In this document: positions 1-16,595 of the stretch, piece after piece | How positions within the stretch are numbered: the first letter of the stretch is position 1 | Layout: every line of letters begins with the position of its first letter | Assembly (NCBI GenBank): GCA_963785725.1 | Contig: CAWAWS010000006.1 | Location: 192,001 to 256,000 of the forward strand | Direction: 5' to 3' | DNA from: an uncultured delta proteobacterium | GTDB lineage: Bacteria > Myxococcota_A > Polyangia > Palsa-1104 | DNA: 64,000 nucleotides | Notes under the pieces: model-generated | Seen by the model: the letters and a program-made list of their open reading frames with translations, nothing else | Told to the model about the DNA's origin: nothing | Database searches by the model: none | Position numbers and translations under genes: made by a program

Positions 1-1267
1 TCGATGAACCGCAACGGCGAGCTCATCCATCATCGACGACGCCGGCCGCGAACGTGAGCGTTACGGCATCATCTACGGCGCCAAGATCCTCGTCGAAGGA
101 GGGCCGAAAGGTGCCCGACAAGGGAAGCTCATGGCGGAGTGGGATCCGTTCTCGATGCCGATCGTCACCGAAGTCGGCGGCGTCGTGAAGTTCGAAGACA
201 TCGAAGAAGGCGTGACGATGCAGGAGCAGTTCGACGAGGTCACCGGCCTCTCGCGCAAGGTCATCATCGAGTCCAAGGACGCCGACACTCGTCCGCGTAT
301 CTCGATCAAGGACGACAACGGCAAGACCAAGCGGCTCACCCCGTCGCAGGAAGCGCGTTACTTCCTGCCCGTGGGCGCGAACATCTACGTCAACGACGGC
401 GACACCATCGAAGCCGGTGACGTCATCGCCAAGATCCCGCGCGAGACGACGAAGACGAAGGACATCACGGGCGGTCTGCCGCGCGTCGCCGAGCTCTTCG
501 AGGCCCGCAAGCCGAAGGAGCACGCGGTCATCTCCGAGATCGACGGCACCGTCTCCTTCGGTAAGGACACCAAGGGCAAGCGCAAGGTCGTCATCACGCC
601 TGAAGTCGGCGAGCCCAAGGAGTACCTGATCTCGAAGGGCAAGCACTTGGCGGTCCGCGAAGGCGATTGCGTCCGCGCCGGCGAGCCCTTGATGGACGGC
701 GCCGCCAACCCGCACGACATCTTGAAGGTGTTGGGCGAGAAGGCGCTGGCCAAGTACCTGGTCGACGAAGTGCAGGAGGTCTATCGACTCCAGGGCGTCA
801 AGATCAACGACAAGCACATCGAGACGATCGTGCGGCAGATGTTGCGCCGTATCCGCGTCGTCGATGTCGGCGATACGAACTTCCTCGTCGACGAGCAGGT
901 CGAGCGTCACATCTTCGAGGAAGAGAACGAGCGCATCATGGCCAAGGGCGGTACGCCGGCCAAGGGCGAGCCGCTGCTCCTCGGCATCACGAAGGCGTCG
1001 CTCTCGACCGAGTCGTTCATCTCGGCGTCGTCGTTCCAGGAGACGACGAAGGTGCTCACCGAAGCCGCAATCCAGGGCAAGGTCGACTACCTGCGTGGTC
1101 TGAAGGAGAACGTCATCATGGGCCGCTTGATCCCGGCAGGTACGGGTTTGGGCGCCTACAAGAAGATGACGGTGCACGTCGACACGCCGACCGAAGCCGA
1201 CCTGCCGATCGTGCAGCCGCCGGTTCCGCCGCCGGCCGTCGAAGCCATCGCGCTGCAGGACGAATAA
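1..1267 (+). CDS. rpoC: RNA polymerase beta' subunit, C-terminal part (5'-truncated by window)
   Basis: Motifs [66 protein letters not shown]. The first ~130 nt still encode RpoC-like sequence ([26 protein letters not shown]) but with several small indels. Confidence 0.98.
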
Positions 1268-1274
1268 ACGAATG

Positions 1275-1312
1275 GTCGCCGTGGCTGATTTCGGTCAGCC
1301 ACGGCGGCTTTT
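1275..1312 (+). terminator. Intrinsic terminator after rpoC
   Basis: Hairpin GTCGCCGTGGCTGA-tttcgg-TCAGCCACGGCGGC followed by TTTT. Confidence 0.8.
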
Positions 1313-1337
1313 GATTTCGGTGTCGACCGAATTCAAG

Positions 1338-1365
1338 TTGACACACAGTCGAAGACAAGTAGAAT
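1338..1365 (+). promoter_or_regulatory. Sigma70-type promoter of the str operon
   Basis: TTGACA (1338-1343), 16-nt spacer, TAGAAT (1360-1365) upstream of rpsL. Confidence 0.8.
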
Positions 1366-1427
1366 GCCAGCCTCTCGCGTCGGGGCGATTTGCGCTCACG
1401 CTGAGACAATTGGGACCCAGATAAAAG

Positions 1428-1799
1428 ATGCCGACGATTAATCAGCTCGTGAAGTCCGGCCGCGATAAGCAGAAGCGCAAAACTGCGGCTCCTGCGCTCA
1501 AGGCTTGCCCGCAAAAGCGCGGCGTGTGCATTCGCGTGTACACCTCGACGCCGAAGAAGCCGAACTCGGCACTGCGTAAAGTCGCTCGCGTGCGCCTCAC
1601 CAACGGGATGGAAGTCACCAGCTACATCCCGGGCGAAGGCCACAACCTGCAGGAGCACTCGGTTTGCCTGATTCGTGGCGGCCGCGTGAAGGACTTGCCG
1701 GGCGTTCGTTATCACATCGTTCGCGGTACGCTGGACACGGCGGGCGTGACCAACCGTCGTCAGAGCCGCTCGAAGTACGGCGCGAAGCGCCCGAAGTAA
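1428..1799 (+). CDS. rpsL: 30S ribosomal protein S12
   Basis: MPTINQLV...[17 protein letters not shown]...[13 protein letters not shown]. Confidence 0.99.
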   Translation: MPTINQLVKSGRDKQKRKTAAPALKACPQKRGVCIRVYTSTPKKPNSALRKVARVRLTNGMEVTSYIPGEGHNLQEHSVCLIRGGRVKDLPGVRYHIVRGTLDTAGVTNRRQSRSKYGAKRPK

Positions 1800-1809
1800 G
1801 GACTAGCAG

Positions 1810-2298
1810 ATGCCGCGTAAGGGTGAAGTTCCGAAGCGTGACTCGCTTCCCGATCCGAAGTACACGGACGCTCCGATGGACGTGCGCAAGCGCGTCACGA
1901 AGTTCATGAACACGGTCATGAGCGACGGCAAGAAGTCGACGGCCGAAGCGATCGTGTACGGCGCGTTCAATCTCATCGAGAACCGCGCCAAGCAAGAGCC
2001 GCTCAAGGTCTTCGACACGGCGCTCAACAACGTCAAGCCGAAGCTGGAAGTCAAGTCGCGCCGCGTCGGTGGCTCGACTTACCAGGTTCCGGTCGACGTT
2101 CGCCCGGAGCGCAGCCAGGCGCTCGGCATGCGCTGGCTCGTGACCTACTCGCGCGATCGTGGCGAGAAGACGATGGTCGAGAAGCTCGCTGCCGAGATCC
2201 TCGATGCGTCGAACAACCGTGGCAACGCGGTGAAGAAGAAGGAAGATACGCACAAGATGGCGGAAGCGAACAAGGCGTTCGCCCACTATCGCTGGTAA
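1810..2298 (+). CDS. rpsG: 30S ribosomal protein S7
   Basis: [30 protein letters not shown]. Confidence 0.99.
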   Translation: MPRKGEVPKRDSLPDPKYTDAPMDVRKRVTKFMNTVMSDGKKSTAEAIVYGAFNLIENRAKQEPLKVFDTALNNVKPKLEVKSRRVGGSTYQVPVDVRPERSQALGMRWLVTYSRDRGEKTMVEKLAAEILDASNNRGNAVKKKEDTHKMAEANKAFAHYRW

Positions 2299-2306
2299 AG
2301 TAATCC

Positions 2307-2342
2307 GCGGCGCCGGGCGAGTGCTCGGCGCCGCTTGTTTTT
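2307..2342 (+). terminator. Intrinsic terminator-like hairpin between rpsG and fusA
   Basis: GCGGCGCCGGGC-gagt-GCTCGGCGCCGC followed by TTGTTTTT. Confidence 0.7.
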
Positions 2343-2497
2343 CGACATAGGGACTGAAGCAGCGAAGTCGTAGGGGTCCCGCTGGTTGATCGATGCGGTC
2401 TTTCGTCTAACGACGGCGGATCGCACCTACCAAGCAGCATCGCTCCTACCGCCTCAGCCCCGCCAAGACGTAAGGATTTCAGCGCGGCTGACGGCTC

Positions 2498-4603
<2,106 letters not shown>

Positions 4604-4627
4604 AGGGCGAAACAGGAGCCGCGAGAA

Positions 4628-5824
<1,197 letters not shown>

Positions 5825-5834
5825 GGGGTAACTG

Positions 5835-6143
<309 letters not shown>

Positions 6144-6151
6144 GGGACGTC

Positions 6152-6799
6152 ATGGCGAAGATCGAAGTCAAGAACCTGGAAGGCAAGAGCGTCGGATCGA
6201 TCGATCTCGACGACACCGTCTTCGGCGTCGACGTCAACGAGCATCTCCTTTGGGAGGTGGTCAAGGCTCAGCGCGCCAAGCGCCGCGTCGGCACGCACAG
6301 CACCAAGCGTCGTGACGAAGTCCGCGGCGGCGGCAAGAAGCCGTTCAAGCAGAAGGGCACCGGCAACGCCCGTCAGGGCTCGTCGCGCGCTCCGCATTGG
6401 GTCGGCGGCGGTAAGGTGTTCACGCCGAAGCCGCGCGACTACGAGTATCACGTGCCGAAGAAGGTGATGGCCGGCGCGTTGCGCTCCGCGCTGTCGCTGC
6501 GCGCCAAGGAGTCGAAGCTCGTCGTCATCGACAGCTTCACGCTCGACGCGCCCAAGACGAAGTCGGTCGTCAAGGTCATCGGCGCGCTCGGTGGCGGCTC
6601 GGCGCTCATCGTCGACGCGAAGAACGAGACGTTGAAGAAGTCGACGCTCAACCTGCCGAACGCCAAGTACCTGGCGACGGAAGGCCTGAACGTCTACGAC
6701 GTCCTCGATCACGAGACCCTGATCGTGACGCGCTCGACGCTGGACACGATCACCGCGCGCCTCAAGACGGTGCCGCGGTCTGAGGAAGGTGCAGCATGA
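6152..6799 (+). CDS. rplD: 50S ribosomal protein L4
   Basis: [35 protein letters not shown]; follows rpsJ directly with no rplC between. Confidence 0.98.
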   Translation: MAKIEVKNLEGKSVGSIDLDDTVFGVDVNEHLLWEVVKAQRAKRRVGTHSTKRRDEVRGGGKKPFKQKGTGNARQGSSRAPHWVGGGKVFTPKPRDYEYHVPKKVMAGALRSALSLRAKESKLVVIDSFTLDAPKTKSVVKVIGALGGGSALIVDAKNETLKKSTLNLPNAKYLATEGLNVYDVLDHETLIVTRSTLDTITARLKTVPRSEEGAA

Positions 6800-7128
6800 A
6801 CCGCCCCGCGCATCAGATCGTCAAGCGCCCGCTGCTGACGGAAAAGGGAACGCGCCTGAAGGACAACGGCGGCGCGCCCCCCGGCACGTTCAGCGAGGAA
6901 GCGCTCAAGCCGCAAGTGCTCTTCGAGGTCGCGTTGACGGCCAACAAGATCGAAATCAAGCAGGCGATCGAGTCGCTGTTCAGCGTCAAGGTCGTCGACG
7001 TCCACACGCAGATCATGCGTGGCAAGGACAAGCGCGTCGGTCGCTTCATGGGACGCCGTCCGAACTGGAAGAAAGCGATCGTGACGCTCGCCGCGGGCAA
7101 CAAGATCGAATTCTTCGAGGGAGTCTAG
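6796..7128 (+). CDS. rplW: 50S ribosomal protein L23
   Basis: PLLTEK...[21 protein letters not shown]...WKKAIVTL. Confidence 0.97.
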   Translation: MNRPAHQIVKRPLLTEKGTRLKDNGGAPPGTFSEEALKPQVLFEVALTANKIEIKQAIESLFSVKVVDVHTQIMRGKDKRVGRFMGRRPNWKKAIVTLAAGNKIEFFEGV

Positions 7129-7131
7129 GCT

Positions 7132-7959
7132 ATGAAAATCTACAAGCCAACGTCGCCCGGTCGTCGTGGCATGACCGGTTTCGACTTCGACGAGCTGACG
7201 CCGAACAAGGCGCCGGAGAAGTCGCTGCTCGAGCCCGCGCCGCGCACCGGCGGTCGTAACAACTACGGCCGCATCACGTCCCGTTTCATGGGCGGCGGTC
7301 ACAAGCAGCGCTACCGCATCATCGACTTCAAGCGCAACAAGACCGGCGTGCCGGCCAAGGTCGCCTCGATCGAGTACGACCCGAACCGCACCTGCCGCAT
7401 CGCGCTCTTGCATTACGCGGACGGCGAGAAGACGTACATCCTCGCGCCGGACAAGCTGGAAGTGGGCGACACGGTCATCAGCGCGTCGTCGGCCGACATC
7501 AAGCCGGGCAACTCGCTGCCGCTGCGTCACATTCCGCTGGGCACGACGATCCACAACGTCGAGCTGCAGATCGGCGCCGGCGGCCAGCTGGCGCGCTCGG
7601 CCGGCACCTCGGCGCAGATGATGGCCAAAGAAGGCGAGTGGGGCACCATCCGCTTGCCGTCGGGCGAAATGCGCCTCGTGCACCTCAACTGCCGCGCCAC
7701 CATCGGCGCGATCGGCAACTCCGACCACGCCAACGTGCAGTGGGGCAAGGCCGGTCGTATGCGCTGGATGGGCCAGCGTCCGCACAACCGCGGCGTCACG
7801 ATGAACCCGGTCGATCACCCGATGGGCGGCGGCGAAGGTCGCAGCTCCGGTGGTCGTCATCCGTGCTCGCCTTGGGGCATGCCGACCAAGGGCTACAAGA
7901 CGCGCACGAACAAGACCACGGACAAGTTCATCGTCCGTCGTCGTGGCCAGAAGGGTTAA
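7132..7959 (+). CDS. rplB: 50S ribosomal protein L2
   Basis: [29 protein letters not shown]. Confidence 0.99.
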   Translation: MKIYKPTSPGRRGMTGFDFDELTPNKAPEKSLLEPAPRTGGRNNYGRITSRFMGGGHKQRYRIIDFKRNKTGVPAKVASIEYDPNRTCRIALLHYADGEKTYILAPDKLEVGDTVISASSADIKPGNSLPLRHIPLGTTIHNVELQIGAGGQLARSAGTSAQMMAKEGEWGTIRLPSGEMRLVHLNCRATIGAIGNSDHANVQWGKAGRMRWMGQRPHNRGVTMNPVDHPMGGGEGRSSGGRHPCSPWGMPTKGYKTRTNKTTDKFIVRRRGQKG

Positions 7960-7968
7960 GGGTAAGCC

Positions 7969-8292
7969 ATGGCTCGCAGTGTAAAAAAAGGTCCGTTCAT
8001 CGATAAGAGCCTCCTGAACAAGGTGCTCGAAGCGCAGCGGACGAAGTCGAAGAAGGTCATCAAGACCTGGTCGCGCCGCTCGACGGTGTTGCCGGAGATG
8101 GTCGGCCTCACGTTCGCGGTGCATCAGGGCAAGAAGTTCGTGCCCGTGTTCGTCACCGAGAACATGGTCGGTCACAAGATGGGCGAGTTCGCCCCGACCC
8201 GTACGTTCCACGGCCACTCCGGCGACCGCAAAGCGGCCAAGCCGGCGGGTGGTGGCGCGCCGGGCGGTGCCAAACCCGCGGCAGCTAAGTAA
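7969..8292 (+). CDS. rpsS: 30S ribosomal protein S19
   Basis: [29 protein letters not shown]. Confidence 0.99.
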   Translation: MARSVKKGPFIDKSLLNKVLEAQRTKSKKVIKTWSRRSTVLPEMVGLTFAVHQGKKFVPVFVTENMVGHKMGEFAPTRTFHGHSGDRKAAKPAGGGAPGGAKPAAAK

Positions 8293-8309
8293 CCAAGTAG
8301 CGAATTGGC

Positions 8310-8336
8310 TTGCCCCGACAGGGGTGTTGTGATAAT
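8310..8336 (+). promoter_or_regulatory. Possible internal promoter between rpsS and rplV
   Basis: Extended -10-like TGtGATAAT (8328-8336) with TTGCCC upstream, inside an AT-richer ~110-nt gap. Confidence 0.4.
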
Positions 8337-8404
8337 AGCAACGCCCTTGTTCCCGTATCCCCATTGGATGCGGCAAGCGTTTGACTGGAAAAGGATTTTT
8401 CACG

Positions 8405-8737
8405 ATGGAAGCGAGAGCTGTCGTTCGCCACGTTCGCATGTCGCCGCGCAAGATGCGTGTCGTCGCCAACTTGGTCCGCGGCAAGCGCGTGGATGAGGCG
8501 ATGTCGATGTTGAAGCTGATGCCGAAGAAGGGCGCTACGGTCATCCGTAAGCTTCTCATCTCGGCCGTGGCCAATGCCGAGCACGCCGGCATCAACGACG
8601 TCGATCAGCTCACCATTAGCGACTGCAACGTGGACAACGGGCCGATTCTGAAGCGGTGGATGCCGCGTTCGATGGGCCGCGCCAACCGCGTCAACCACCG
8701 CACCAGCCACGTCACCGTGCGCGTGGTCGAGGCCTAA
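8405..8737 (+). CDS. rplV: 50S ribosomal protein L22
   Basis: [27 protein letters not shown]...SAVANAEH...PRSMGRA...TSHVTV; ATG at 8405 after AGGA. Confidence 0.98.
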   Translation: MEARAVVRHVRMSPRKMRVVANLVRGKRVDEAMSMLKLMPKKGATVIRKLLISAVANAEHAGINDVDQLTISDCNVDNGPILKRWMPRSMGRANRVNHRTSHVTVRVVEA

Positions 8738-8746
8738 GGAAATCGT

Positions 8747-9409
<663 letters not shown>

Positions 9410-9424
9410 AGGGTACGTGCTGCC

Positions 9425-9841
9425 ATGATGTCCCCTAAGCGAACTAAGTTCCGCAAAGCGCACAAGAGCCGTATGCGCGGCGCTGCCAAGGGCGGCGACA
9501 CCATCGCGTTCGGCGACTTCGGTCTGCAGGCGATGGAATGCGGTTGGATCACGTCGCGGCAGATCGAAGCCGCGCGTATCGCGATGACCCGCCACATCAA
9601 GCGCGGTGGCAAGGTCTACATCCGCATCTTCCCGGATAAGCCGATCACGAAGAAGCCGGCCGAGACCCGAATGGGTAAAGGTAAGGGCGGTAACGAGGGC
9701 TGGGTGGCCGTCGTTCGTCCGGGCCGCGTGATGTACGAGATCGAAGGCGTCGACGAGAAGCTGGCGCGCGAGGCGTTCCATCTCGCGCACCACAAGCTGC
9801 CGATCCCGACCCGCATGGTCTCCCGCGAAGGTGTGTTGTAA
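9425..9841 (+). CDS. rplP: 50S ribosomal protein L16
   Basis: [39 protein letters not shown]. Confidence 0.99.
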   Translation: MMSPKRTKFRKAHKSRMRGAAKGGDTIAFGDFGLQAMECGWITSRQIEAARIAMTRHIKRGGKVYIRIFPDKPITKKPAETRMGKGKGGNEGWVAVVRPGRVMYEIEGVDEKLAREAFHLAHHKLPIPTRMVSREGVL

Positions 9842-10089
9842 TGAAGACCGCGGCATTGATTTCGGGCATTCGCGAGTCGAGCGACACCGAGCTCAAAGAG
9901 CGTATCAAGCGTCTCGAGGAGGAGCTGTTTCAGCACCGCCTCAAGCGCTTCACGAATCAGCTCGAGAACACGAACTTGATCCGCAGCGCGCGTCGCGAGA
10001 TTGCCCGCTGCCGCACCGTGCTGTCCGCGCGCGCCCTCGGAAACGACTCGGCGCAGGCCAAGACCGCGACGGCAGAGGTGGAGAAGTAG
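9841..10089 (+). CDS. rpmC: 50S ribosomal protein L29
   Basis: EELFQHRLK...[21 protein letters not shown]; position after rplP. Confidence 0.95.
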   Translation: MKTAALISGIRESSDTELKERIKRLEEELFQHRLKRFTNQLENTNLIRSARREIARCRTVLSARALGNDSAQAKTATAEVEK

Positions 10090-10091
10090 CC

Positions 10092-10388
10092 ATGGCCGAT
10101 ACTACCAATCAGCCTGCCGAGTCGAAGCGTAACTCGGCGCGCCGCGAGCTTGTCGGGACGGTCACGTCGGACAAGATGCAGAAGACGGTCGTTGTCATCG
10201 TCACGCATCGCGTTCGCTCGACGCAGTACAAGAAGTACATGACTAAGCGCGTGAAGTACAAAGCGCACGACGAGAAGAACGAGTATCACGTGGGCGACCG
10301 CGTGCTGATCGCCGAGTCGCGCCCGCTGTCGAAGGACAAGCGGTGGCGCGTCGAGAAGTTGGTCGAGCGCGCGCGCGAAGCGCAGTAA
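10092..10388 (+). CDS. rpsQ: 30S ribosomal protein S17
   Basis: [37 protein letters not shown] at 10092. Confidence 0.97.
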   Translation: MADTTNQPAESKRNSARRELVGTVTSDKMQKTVVVIVTHRVRSTQYKKYMTKRVKYKAHDEKNEYHVGDRVLIAESRPLSKDKRWRVEKLVERAREAQ

Positions 10389-10405
10389 GCGACGGAGACG
10401 AGACT

Positions 10406-10774
10406 ATGGTTCAGATGCAAACGGTCTTGGACGTCGCCGACAACTCGGGCGCCAAGAAGGTCATGTGCATCAAGGTCCTCGGTGGCTCGAAGCGTAAGTA
10501 CGCTTCGATTGGCGACGTCATTGTCGTCTCCATCCGTGAGGCGATTCCGCAGGCCAAGGTCAAGAAGGGCGACGTGGCCAAAGCGGTGATCGTTCGGACC
10601 AAGAAGGAAATCGCCCGCGCCGACGGCAGCTACATCCGCTTCGACGGCAACTCGGCGGTTCTCATCAACAAGGACAACGAGCCGATCGGGACGCGTATCT
10701 TCGGACCCGTTGCTCGTGAATTGCGCGCGAAGAAGTTCATGAAGATCATCTCGCTCGCTCCTGAGGTGCTCTAA
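10406..10774 (+). CDS. rplN: 50S ribosomal protein L14
   Basis: [33 protein letters not shown] at 10406. Confidence 0.99.
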   Translation: MVQMQTVLDVADNSGAKKVMCIKVLGGSKRKYASIGDVIVVSIREAIPQAKVKKGDVAKAVIVRTKKEIARADGSYIRFDGNSAVLINKDNEPIGTRIFGPVARELRAKKFMKIISLAPEVL

Positions 10775-11091
10775 TGGATCGCATTCGCAAGGGCGACACG
10801 GTCGTCGTCACGGCCGGCAAAGAGAAGGGCAAGCGGGGCAAGGTCCTGCAGATCCTTCAGAAGTCGAACCGCGTCGTGATCGAGCGTCTGATGATGGTCA
10901 AGCGGCACACGAAGCCGTCGCAGACGAATCCGCAGGGCGGCATCATCGAGAAGGAAGGTTCGATCCACATCTCGAACGTGATGCCGGTCGACCCGGGCTC
11001 GGACAAGCCGACGCGCGTCAAAGTGAAGATCGAGAACGGAGTCCGCAGCCGCGTTGGCAAGTCGGGCACCGTGATCGAGGCGGCGAAGTAA
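10774..11091 (+). CDS. rplX: 50S ribosomal protein L24
   Basis: KGDTVVVTAGKEKGKRGKV (KOW motif), GGIIEKEGSIHISNV. Confidence 0.98.
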   Translation: MDRIRKGDTVVVTAGKEKGKRGKVLQILQKSNRVVIERLMMVKRHTKPSQTNPQGGIIEKEGSIHISNVMPVDPGSDKPTRVKVKIENGVRSRVGKSGTVIEAAK

Positions 11092-11157
11092 GCGTTTCAT
11101 TAACCGGTCCGAGACCTGCTGCGGGTTGGCTGCGGCGGAAACGGACGGAGTGAGAGA

Positions 11158-11886
11158 ATGGCGGACGATAAGAAGAAGAAAGGCGGCGGCGGCGACGACG
11201 GGGCCAAGCAGGCGCCGAAGGCCAAGCCGCAGCTGGACGAGGCGGAGATCGCCAAGAAGCGCGCCGAGCGCGCGGCGAAGAAGTCGGGCAAAGGCGGCGC
11301 CGCCGGCGCCGAGGCTGCCGAAGTCCAGCAGGGCGAGAAGCCGGGTCCGGCCCGTCTGCGCCTCCAGTTCGAGAAGGAGATCCTGCCTGCGCTGCAGAAG
11401 GAGCTCGGTCTCAAGAACGTGATGGAAGTGCCGCGGCTCAAGAAGATCACCATCAACATGGGCTTGGGCGAGGCGATCTCGAACCCCAAGATCATGGACA
11501 GCGCCGTCGAGGAGCTCCGCGCGATCTCCGGCCAGTCGCCGGTGGTGACGAAGGCGAAGAAGTCGATCGCCACCTTCAAGCTGCGTGAAGGCCAGAAGAT
11601 CGGCGCCATGGTCACCCTGCGCCGCGAGCGTATGTGGGAGTTCATGGATCGCCTGGTCACGCTGGCTCTGCCGCGCGTCCGCGACTTCAAGGGCGTCTCG
11701 CCGAAGGCGTTCGACGGCCGTGGAAATTACTCGCTCGGTGTTCGCGAGCAGATCATTTTTCCCGAGATCAACTTCGACCAGGTCGACAAGATCAAGGGTA
11801 TGAACATTTCGATCGTGACCTCCGCGCGCACCGACGATCAGGGTCGGGCGTTGTTGAAGGCACTCGGAATGCCGTTTAGGAGCTAG
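11158..11886 (+). CDS. rplE: 50S ribosomal protein L5 with N-terminal extension
   Basis: [37 protein letters not shown]; ~60-aa Lys/Gly/Ala-rich N-terminal extension. Confidence 0.98.
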   Translation: MADDKKKKGGGGDDGAKQAPKAKPQLDEAEIAKKRAERAAKKSGKGGAAGAEAAEVQQGEKPGPARLRLQFEKEILPALQKELGLKNVMEVPRLKKITINMGLGEAISNPKIMDSAVEELRAISGQSPVVTKAKKSIATFKLREGQKIGAMVTLRRERMWEFMDRLVTLALPRVRDFKGVSPKAFDGRGNYSLGVREQIIFPEINFDQVDKIKGMNISIVTSARTDDQGRALLKALGMPFRS

Positions 11887-11888
11887 TC

Positions 11889-12068
11889 ATGGCGCGTCTG
11901 TCTCAGATGATCGAGCGTAAGCGGAAGTTCAAAGTCCGCGAGCGCAATCGTTGCCCGCAGTGTGGCCGGCCCCGTGCGTTCATTCGCAAGTTTCGGCTGT
12001 GCCGTCTGTGCTTCCGTCAACTCGCGCTGCGTGGTGATATCCCCGGCGTCGTGAAGTCGAGCTGGTAG
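11889..12068 (+). CDS. rpsN: 30S ribosomal protein S14, short zinc-binding type
   Basis: Translated by hand (absent from ORF track): [59 protein letters not shown], two CxxC motifs. Confidence 0.97.
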   Translation: MARLSQMIERKRKFKVRERNRCPQCGRPRAFIRKFRLCRLCFRQLALRGDIPGVVKSSW

Positions 12069-12071
12069 ACC

Positions 12072-12463
12072 ATGACTGATCCGATCGCAGATATGCTCAC
12101 GCGCATCCGCAACGCCATCACGGCGCGGAAGGCGAAAGTTCTGATGCCGTCTTCGAAGATGAAGCAGCGCATCGCCGAGGTCCTCCACGCGGAGGGCTTC
12201 GTCGGCGCGATTGCGCACGAAGAAGACGACAAGCAGGGCGTGCTCTCCATCGAGCTGCGCTATGACTCCAACAACGACAACGCCATCCAGGGCCTGCGTC
12301 GCGTTTCGAAGCCGGGACAGCGCAGCTACGTGCGGCACACGAACCTGCCGCGCGTTCGCTCGGGGCTCGGCATCGCCATCGTCACGACGTCCAAGGGCGT
12401 CATGACGGGCGCCGAAGCGACGAAGCAGGGGCTCGGCGGCGAGCTCCTCGCAGAGGTCTGGTA

Positions 12464-12464
<1 letters not shown>
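12072..12464 (+). CDS. rpsH: 30S ribosomal protein S8
   Basis: [36 protein letters not shown]. Confidence 0.99.
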
Positions 12465-13000
<536 letters not shown>

Positions 13001-13009
13001 GGACTAGTC

Positions 13010-13372
13010 ATGCCGAAAACGCAAATCGAGAAGCGCGAGCGGCGCAAGCACAGCATCCGCAAGAAGGTCTCGGGAACGGCCGAGCGTCCGCGGTTGACGG
13101 TGTTCCGCTCGTCGAAGCATATGTACGCGCAGGTCGTGAACGACGACTTGCATCAGACGATCGCGACGGCCTCCACCCTCGACGAGCAGCTCAAGGGCTC
13201 GCTGACGGGGCTCAAGAAGTCGGAGAAGGCGAAGAAGATCGGCGCGGCGATTGCCGAGCGGCTCAAGGCCAAGGGCATCGACAAGGTGGTCTTCGATCGC
13301 AACGGGTACATCTACCACGGGCGCATTCTCGCCCTCGCCGATGCCGCTCGCGAAGCGGGCCTGAAGTTCTAA
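13010..13372 (+). CDS. rplR: 50S ribosomal protein L18
   Basis: [29 protein letters not shown]. Confidence 0.99.
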   Translation: MPKTQIEKRERRKHSIRKKVSGTAERPRLTVFRSSKHMYAQVVNDDLHQTIATASTLDEQLKGSLTGLKKSEKAKKIGAAIAERLKAKGIDKVVFDRNGYIYHGRILALADAAREAGLKF

Positions 13373-13385
13373 GGGAGCCGACTGA

Positions 13386-13886
13386 ATGGCAATCAACATG
13401 AATGACGTCGGCGAGCTCGTCGACCGCGTGGTCTACATCAACCGCGTCGCCAAGGTCGTCAAGGGCGGCCGTCGCTTCTCGTTCTCGGCGCTCGTCGTCG
13501 TGGGCGATCAGAACGGCTACGTCGGCGCGGGCCTCGGCAAGGCGAACGAAGTGCCGGAAGCGATCCGCAAGGGCACGGAGCAGGCCAAGAAGAACCTGTT
13601 CAAGATTCCGCTGTCGAAGGGCACGATTCCGCACGAAGTGCTCGGCAAGTTCGGCGCCGGCAAGGTTCTGCTGAAGCCGGCCACCGAAGGTACCGGCGTC
13701 ATCGCCGGCGGCGCGGTGCGTAACGTGCTCGAAGTGGCGGGCGTTCAGAACATCCTGTCGAAGTGCATCGGCACGTCGAACCCGCACAACGTCATTCACG
13801 CGACCGTGCAAGCGCTGGAGCAGCTGCGCTCGCCGGAAGAGGCCTTGCGCGCGCGCGGCAAGACTCTCGAGTCGCTGCAAGCGTAA
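13386..13886 (+). CDS. rpsE: 30S ribosomal protein S5
   Basis: [32 protein letters not shown]. Confidence 0.99.
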   Translation: MAINMNDVGELVDRVVYINRVAKVVKGGRRFSFSALVVVGDQNGYVGAGLGKANEVPEAIRKGTEQAKKNLFKIPLSKGTIPHEVLGKFGAGKVLLKPATEGTGVIAGGAVRNVLEVAGVQNILSKCIGTSNPHNVIHATVQALEQLRSPEEALRARGKTLESLQA

Positions 13887-13898
13887 CGGAGAACTACG

Positions 13899-14084
13899 AT
13901 GGCGCTCAAGCTCAAGCTCACGCTGGTCCGTTCGGGAATCAATCGTCCCGAGCGCCAGAAGTTGACGATCAAGGGCCTCGGCCTGACGCGGATGAACAAG
14001 ACGGTCGTGCTCAATGACACGCCGGCGATCCGCGGAATGATTCGTAAAGTCTCGCACCTGGTGAAGGTCGAGGCCGCGGAGTAA
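13899..14084 (+). CDS. rpmD: 50S ribosomal protein L30
   Basis: LVRSGI...GLGL...[16 protein letters not shown]. Confidence 0.97.
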   Translation: MALKLKLTLVRSGINRPERQKLTIKGLGLTRMNKTVVLNDTPAIRGMIRKVSHLVKVEAAE

Positions 14085-14086
14085 TC

Positions 14087-14575
14087 ATGGGAACGACACT
14101 GCATACGCTGAAGCCCAACGAGGGCGCAGTTCGCAACAAGAAGCGTCTTGGCCGCGGTCACGGCTCGGGTCTGCACAAGACCTCGGGTAAGGGCCAAAAA
14201 GGTCAGAAGGCGCGCACCGGCCACCACGGCATCCCGAAGCCGGGGTTCGAGGGTGGTCAGACGGCGATGTCGCGTCGTCTGCCGAAGCGCGGCTTCACCA
14301 ACGCGCGCTTCAAGAAGGACATCACGTCGGTGAACATCGGCGACATCGGCGCTCGTTTCGAGAGCGGCGAAGTCACCATCGAGGCGCTCAAAGAGAAGGG
14401 GCTGGTTCGCCGGTCCGCGACGCTCGTCAAGGTCTTGGGAGATGGGGACTTTTCCGCCAAGCTGACGATTGTTGCGCACTATTTCTCTTCCAGTGCTAAA
14501 GAAAAGCTCGAGAAGGCGGGCGGTACTGCGCGCATCCTCGAGCAGGTCAAGGAAGCCGCACCCGCCGCACGGTAA
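14087..14575 (+). CDS. rplO: 50S ribosomal protein L15
   Basis: RLGRGHGSG, GKGQKGQKAR, FEGGQ, RRLPKRGF. Confidence 0.99.
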   Translation: MGTTLHTLKPNEGAVRNKKRLGRGHGSGLHKTSGKGQKGQKARTGHHGIPKPGFEGGQTAMSRRLPKRGFTNARFKKDITSVNIGDIGARFESGEVTIEALKEKGLVRRSATLVKVLGDGDFSAKLTIVAHYFSSSAKEKLEKAGGTARILEQVKEAAPAAR

Positions 14576-14589
14576 CGTAAGGAGTCGCG

Positions 14590-15930
14590 GTGGCCTCGAG
14601 CATCAGCAATATCATCAAGATCCCGGAGCTGCGTAAACGCATTGCGTTCACGCTCGGCCTGCTGGCGGTCTATCGTGTAGGCATCTTCGTCTCCACGCCG
14701 GGCGCAAACCGCTCGGTGATGAAGCAGGTCATGCGTGCCTCTTCGGGCACGTTCCTCGGCCTCTTCAACATGTTCTCGGGCGGCGCGCTCGAGCAGCTGT
14801 CGATCTTCGCCCTCGGCATCATGCCGTACATCTCGGCGTCGATCATTTTGCAGCTGCTCACCGTCGTCGTGCCGGCGCTCGAGCGGCTGCAGAAAGAAGG
14901 GCAGCAAGGGCAGAAGAAGATCAACCAGTACACGCGTTACGGCACGATCGTGCTGTCGCTGGTGCAGGCGTACTTCATCGCCCGGCTCTTCGAATCCTAC
15001 AATCGCACGTACGGTCAGTTCGGCACCGTCGTCGCGCATCCGGGGCTCAGCTTCGAGCTCTTGACGATGATTTCGCTCACCACCGGCACGGCCTTCATCA
15101 TGTGGCTGGGCGAGCAGATCACCGAGCGCGGCATCGGCAACGGCATCTCGCTCATCATCTTCGCCGGCATCGTCGCGGGCTTCCCGGACGCCGTCGTGCG
15201 CTTGATGCAGAAGTCGACGCAGACGGGCGATCTGAACGCGTTCGATCTCTTCTTGATCCTCGCCATCGTCGTCGGCGTGATCATGGTGATCATCTTCTTC
15301 GAGCGCGGGCAGCGGAAGATTCCGGTGCAGTACGCCAAGCGCGTCGTCGGCCGCAAGATGTACGGCGGTCAGTCGACGCACTTGCCGCTCAAGGTGAACG
15401 TCGCCGGCGTCATTCCGCCGATCTTCGCCTCGTCGATCTTGATGTTCCCGGCGCAGCTCGCGAGCTACGTGCAGACGCCGTGGATGCAGAAGATCACCGA
15501 CGTGCTGCAGCCGGGCGACTGGCGCTACAACCTCATGTACGTCGGCTTGACCGTGTTCTTCTGCTACTTCTACACGGCCGTCACGTTCAATCCCGTCGAC
15601 GTCGCCGACAACATGAAGAAGTACGGCGGCTTCATCCCCGGTATTCGCCCGGGTCGCGCGACGGCGGAGTACATCGACAAGGTGCTGACGCGCTTGACGT
15701 TCGGCGGCGCGCTCTATATCTCGGCCGTGTGCGTGTTGCCGTCGTTCATGCAGCAGAAGTTCCACGTGCCGTTCTCGTTCGGTGGCACGGGTCTGCTCAT
15801 CGTCGTCGGCGTGGCGCTCGATACCGTGCAGCAGATCGAGTCGCACCTCATCACGCGTAACTACGAAGGCTTCACCGGGCCGAAGGGACCGCGCATTCGC
15901 GGCCGCGCTACGGCAAGGCAGCGGGCGTGA
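14590..15930 (+). CDS. secY: Preprotein translocase subunit SecY
   Basis: [58 protein letters not shown]. Confidence 0.99.
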   Translation: MASSISNIIKIPELRKRIAFTLGLLAVYRVGIFVSTPGANRSVMKQVMRASSGTFLGLFNMFSGGALEQLSIFALGIMPYISASIILQLLTVVVPALERLQKEGQQGQKKINQYTRYGTIVLSLVQAYFIARLFESYNRTYGQFGTVVAHPGLSFELLTMISLTTGTAFIMWLGEQITERGIGNGISLIIFAGIVAGFPDAVVRLMQKSTQTGDLNAFDLFLILAIVVGVIMVIIFFERGQRKIPVQYAKRVVGRKMYGGQSTHLPLKVNVAGVIPPIFASSILMFPAQLASYVQTPWMQKITDVLQPGDWRYNLMYVGLTVFFCYFYTAVTFNPVDVADNMKKYGGFIPGIRPGRATAEYIDKVLTRLTFGGALYISAVCVLPSFMQQKFHVPFSFGGTGLLIVVGVALDTVQQIESHLITRNYEGFTGPKGPRIRGRATARQRA

Positions 15931-16592
15931 GCGCGAACGTCGGGGAGCGCAACCTGATCCTGCTCGGCGCCGCGGGCGCGGGCAAAGGAACTCAGGCGCA
16001 AAAGCTGGCTGCGCGCTTCGGCATTCCGCAGATCTCGACCGGCGACATGTTGCGGGCGGCGCGTCGCGAAGGCACGCCGCTCGGCCGTAAAGCCGAAGAA
16101 TACATGAACGCGGGCAAGCTCGTTCCCGACGAGGTCGTCATTGGCCTCGTCGAGGAGCGTTTGCAGCAGCCGGACGCGCAAGGCGGCTTCATCCTCGACG
16201 GCTTTCCGCGCACGATTCCGCAGGCCGAAGCGCTCGACGCCGTGCTGCAGAAGCTCGGTCGGGCGCAGCTGCGCGTCATCGACGTGCAGGTCCCCGAAGC
16301 GACGCTCAAGGAGCGGCTCGGCGGTCGGCTGTCGTGCCCGAAAGACGGCGCGTCCTACCACCTCAAGTTCTCGCCGCCGAAGCAGCCGGGCGTGTGCGAC
16401 ATCGACGGGACGGCCCTCATCGTGCGCGCCGATGACCAGCCGGAAGCGATCGCCAAGCGGCTCGCCGAGTATCACGAGAAGACGGCGCCGCTCGCGGGCT
16501 ACTACCAGAAGGCGGGCGAGCTGCGCGTCGTCGATGGCGTCGGTGAAGTCGAGGTCGTGCTCGACCGCATCGTCCGCGCGCTTGGCGAATAA
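15927..16592 (+). CDS. adk: Adenylate kinase
   Basis: [29 protein letters not shown]. Confidence 0.98.
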   Translation: MSANVGERNLILLGAAGAGKGTQAQKLAARFGIPQISTGDMLRAARREGTPLGRKAEEYMNAGKLVPDEVVIGLVEERLQQPDAQGGFILDGFPRTIPQAEALDAVLQKLGRAQLRVIDVQVPEATLKERLGGRLSCPKDGASYHLKFSPPKQPGVCDIDGTALIVRADDQPEAIAKRLAEYHEKTAPLAGYYQKAGELRVVDGVGEVEVVLDRIVRALGE

Positions 16593-16595
16593 TCG

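Noticed and set aside
1..130. Apparent frameshifts in rpoC near the window start
   Set aside because: Several indels clustered within ~130 nt at the sequence edge of an essential gene are best explained as low-quality sequence, not pseudogenisation or recoding.
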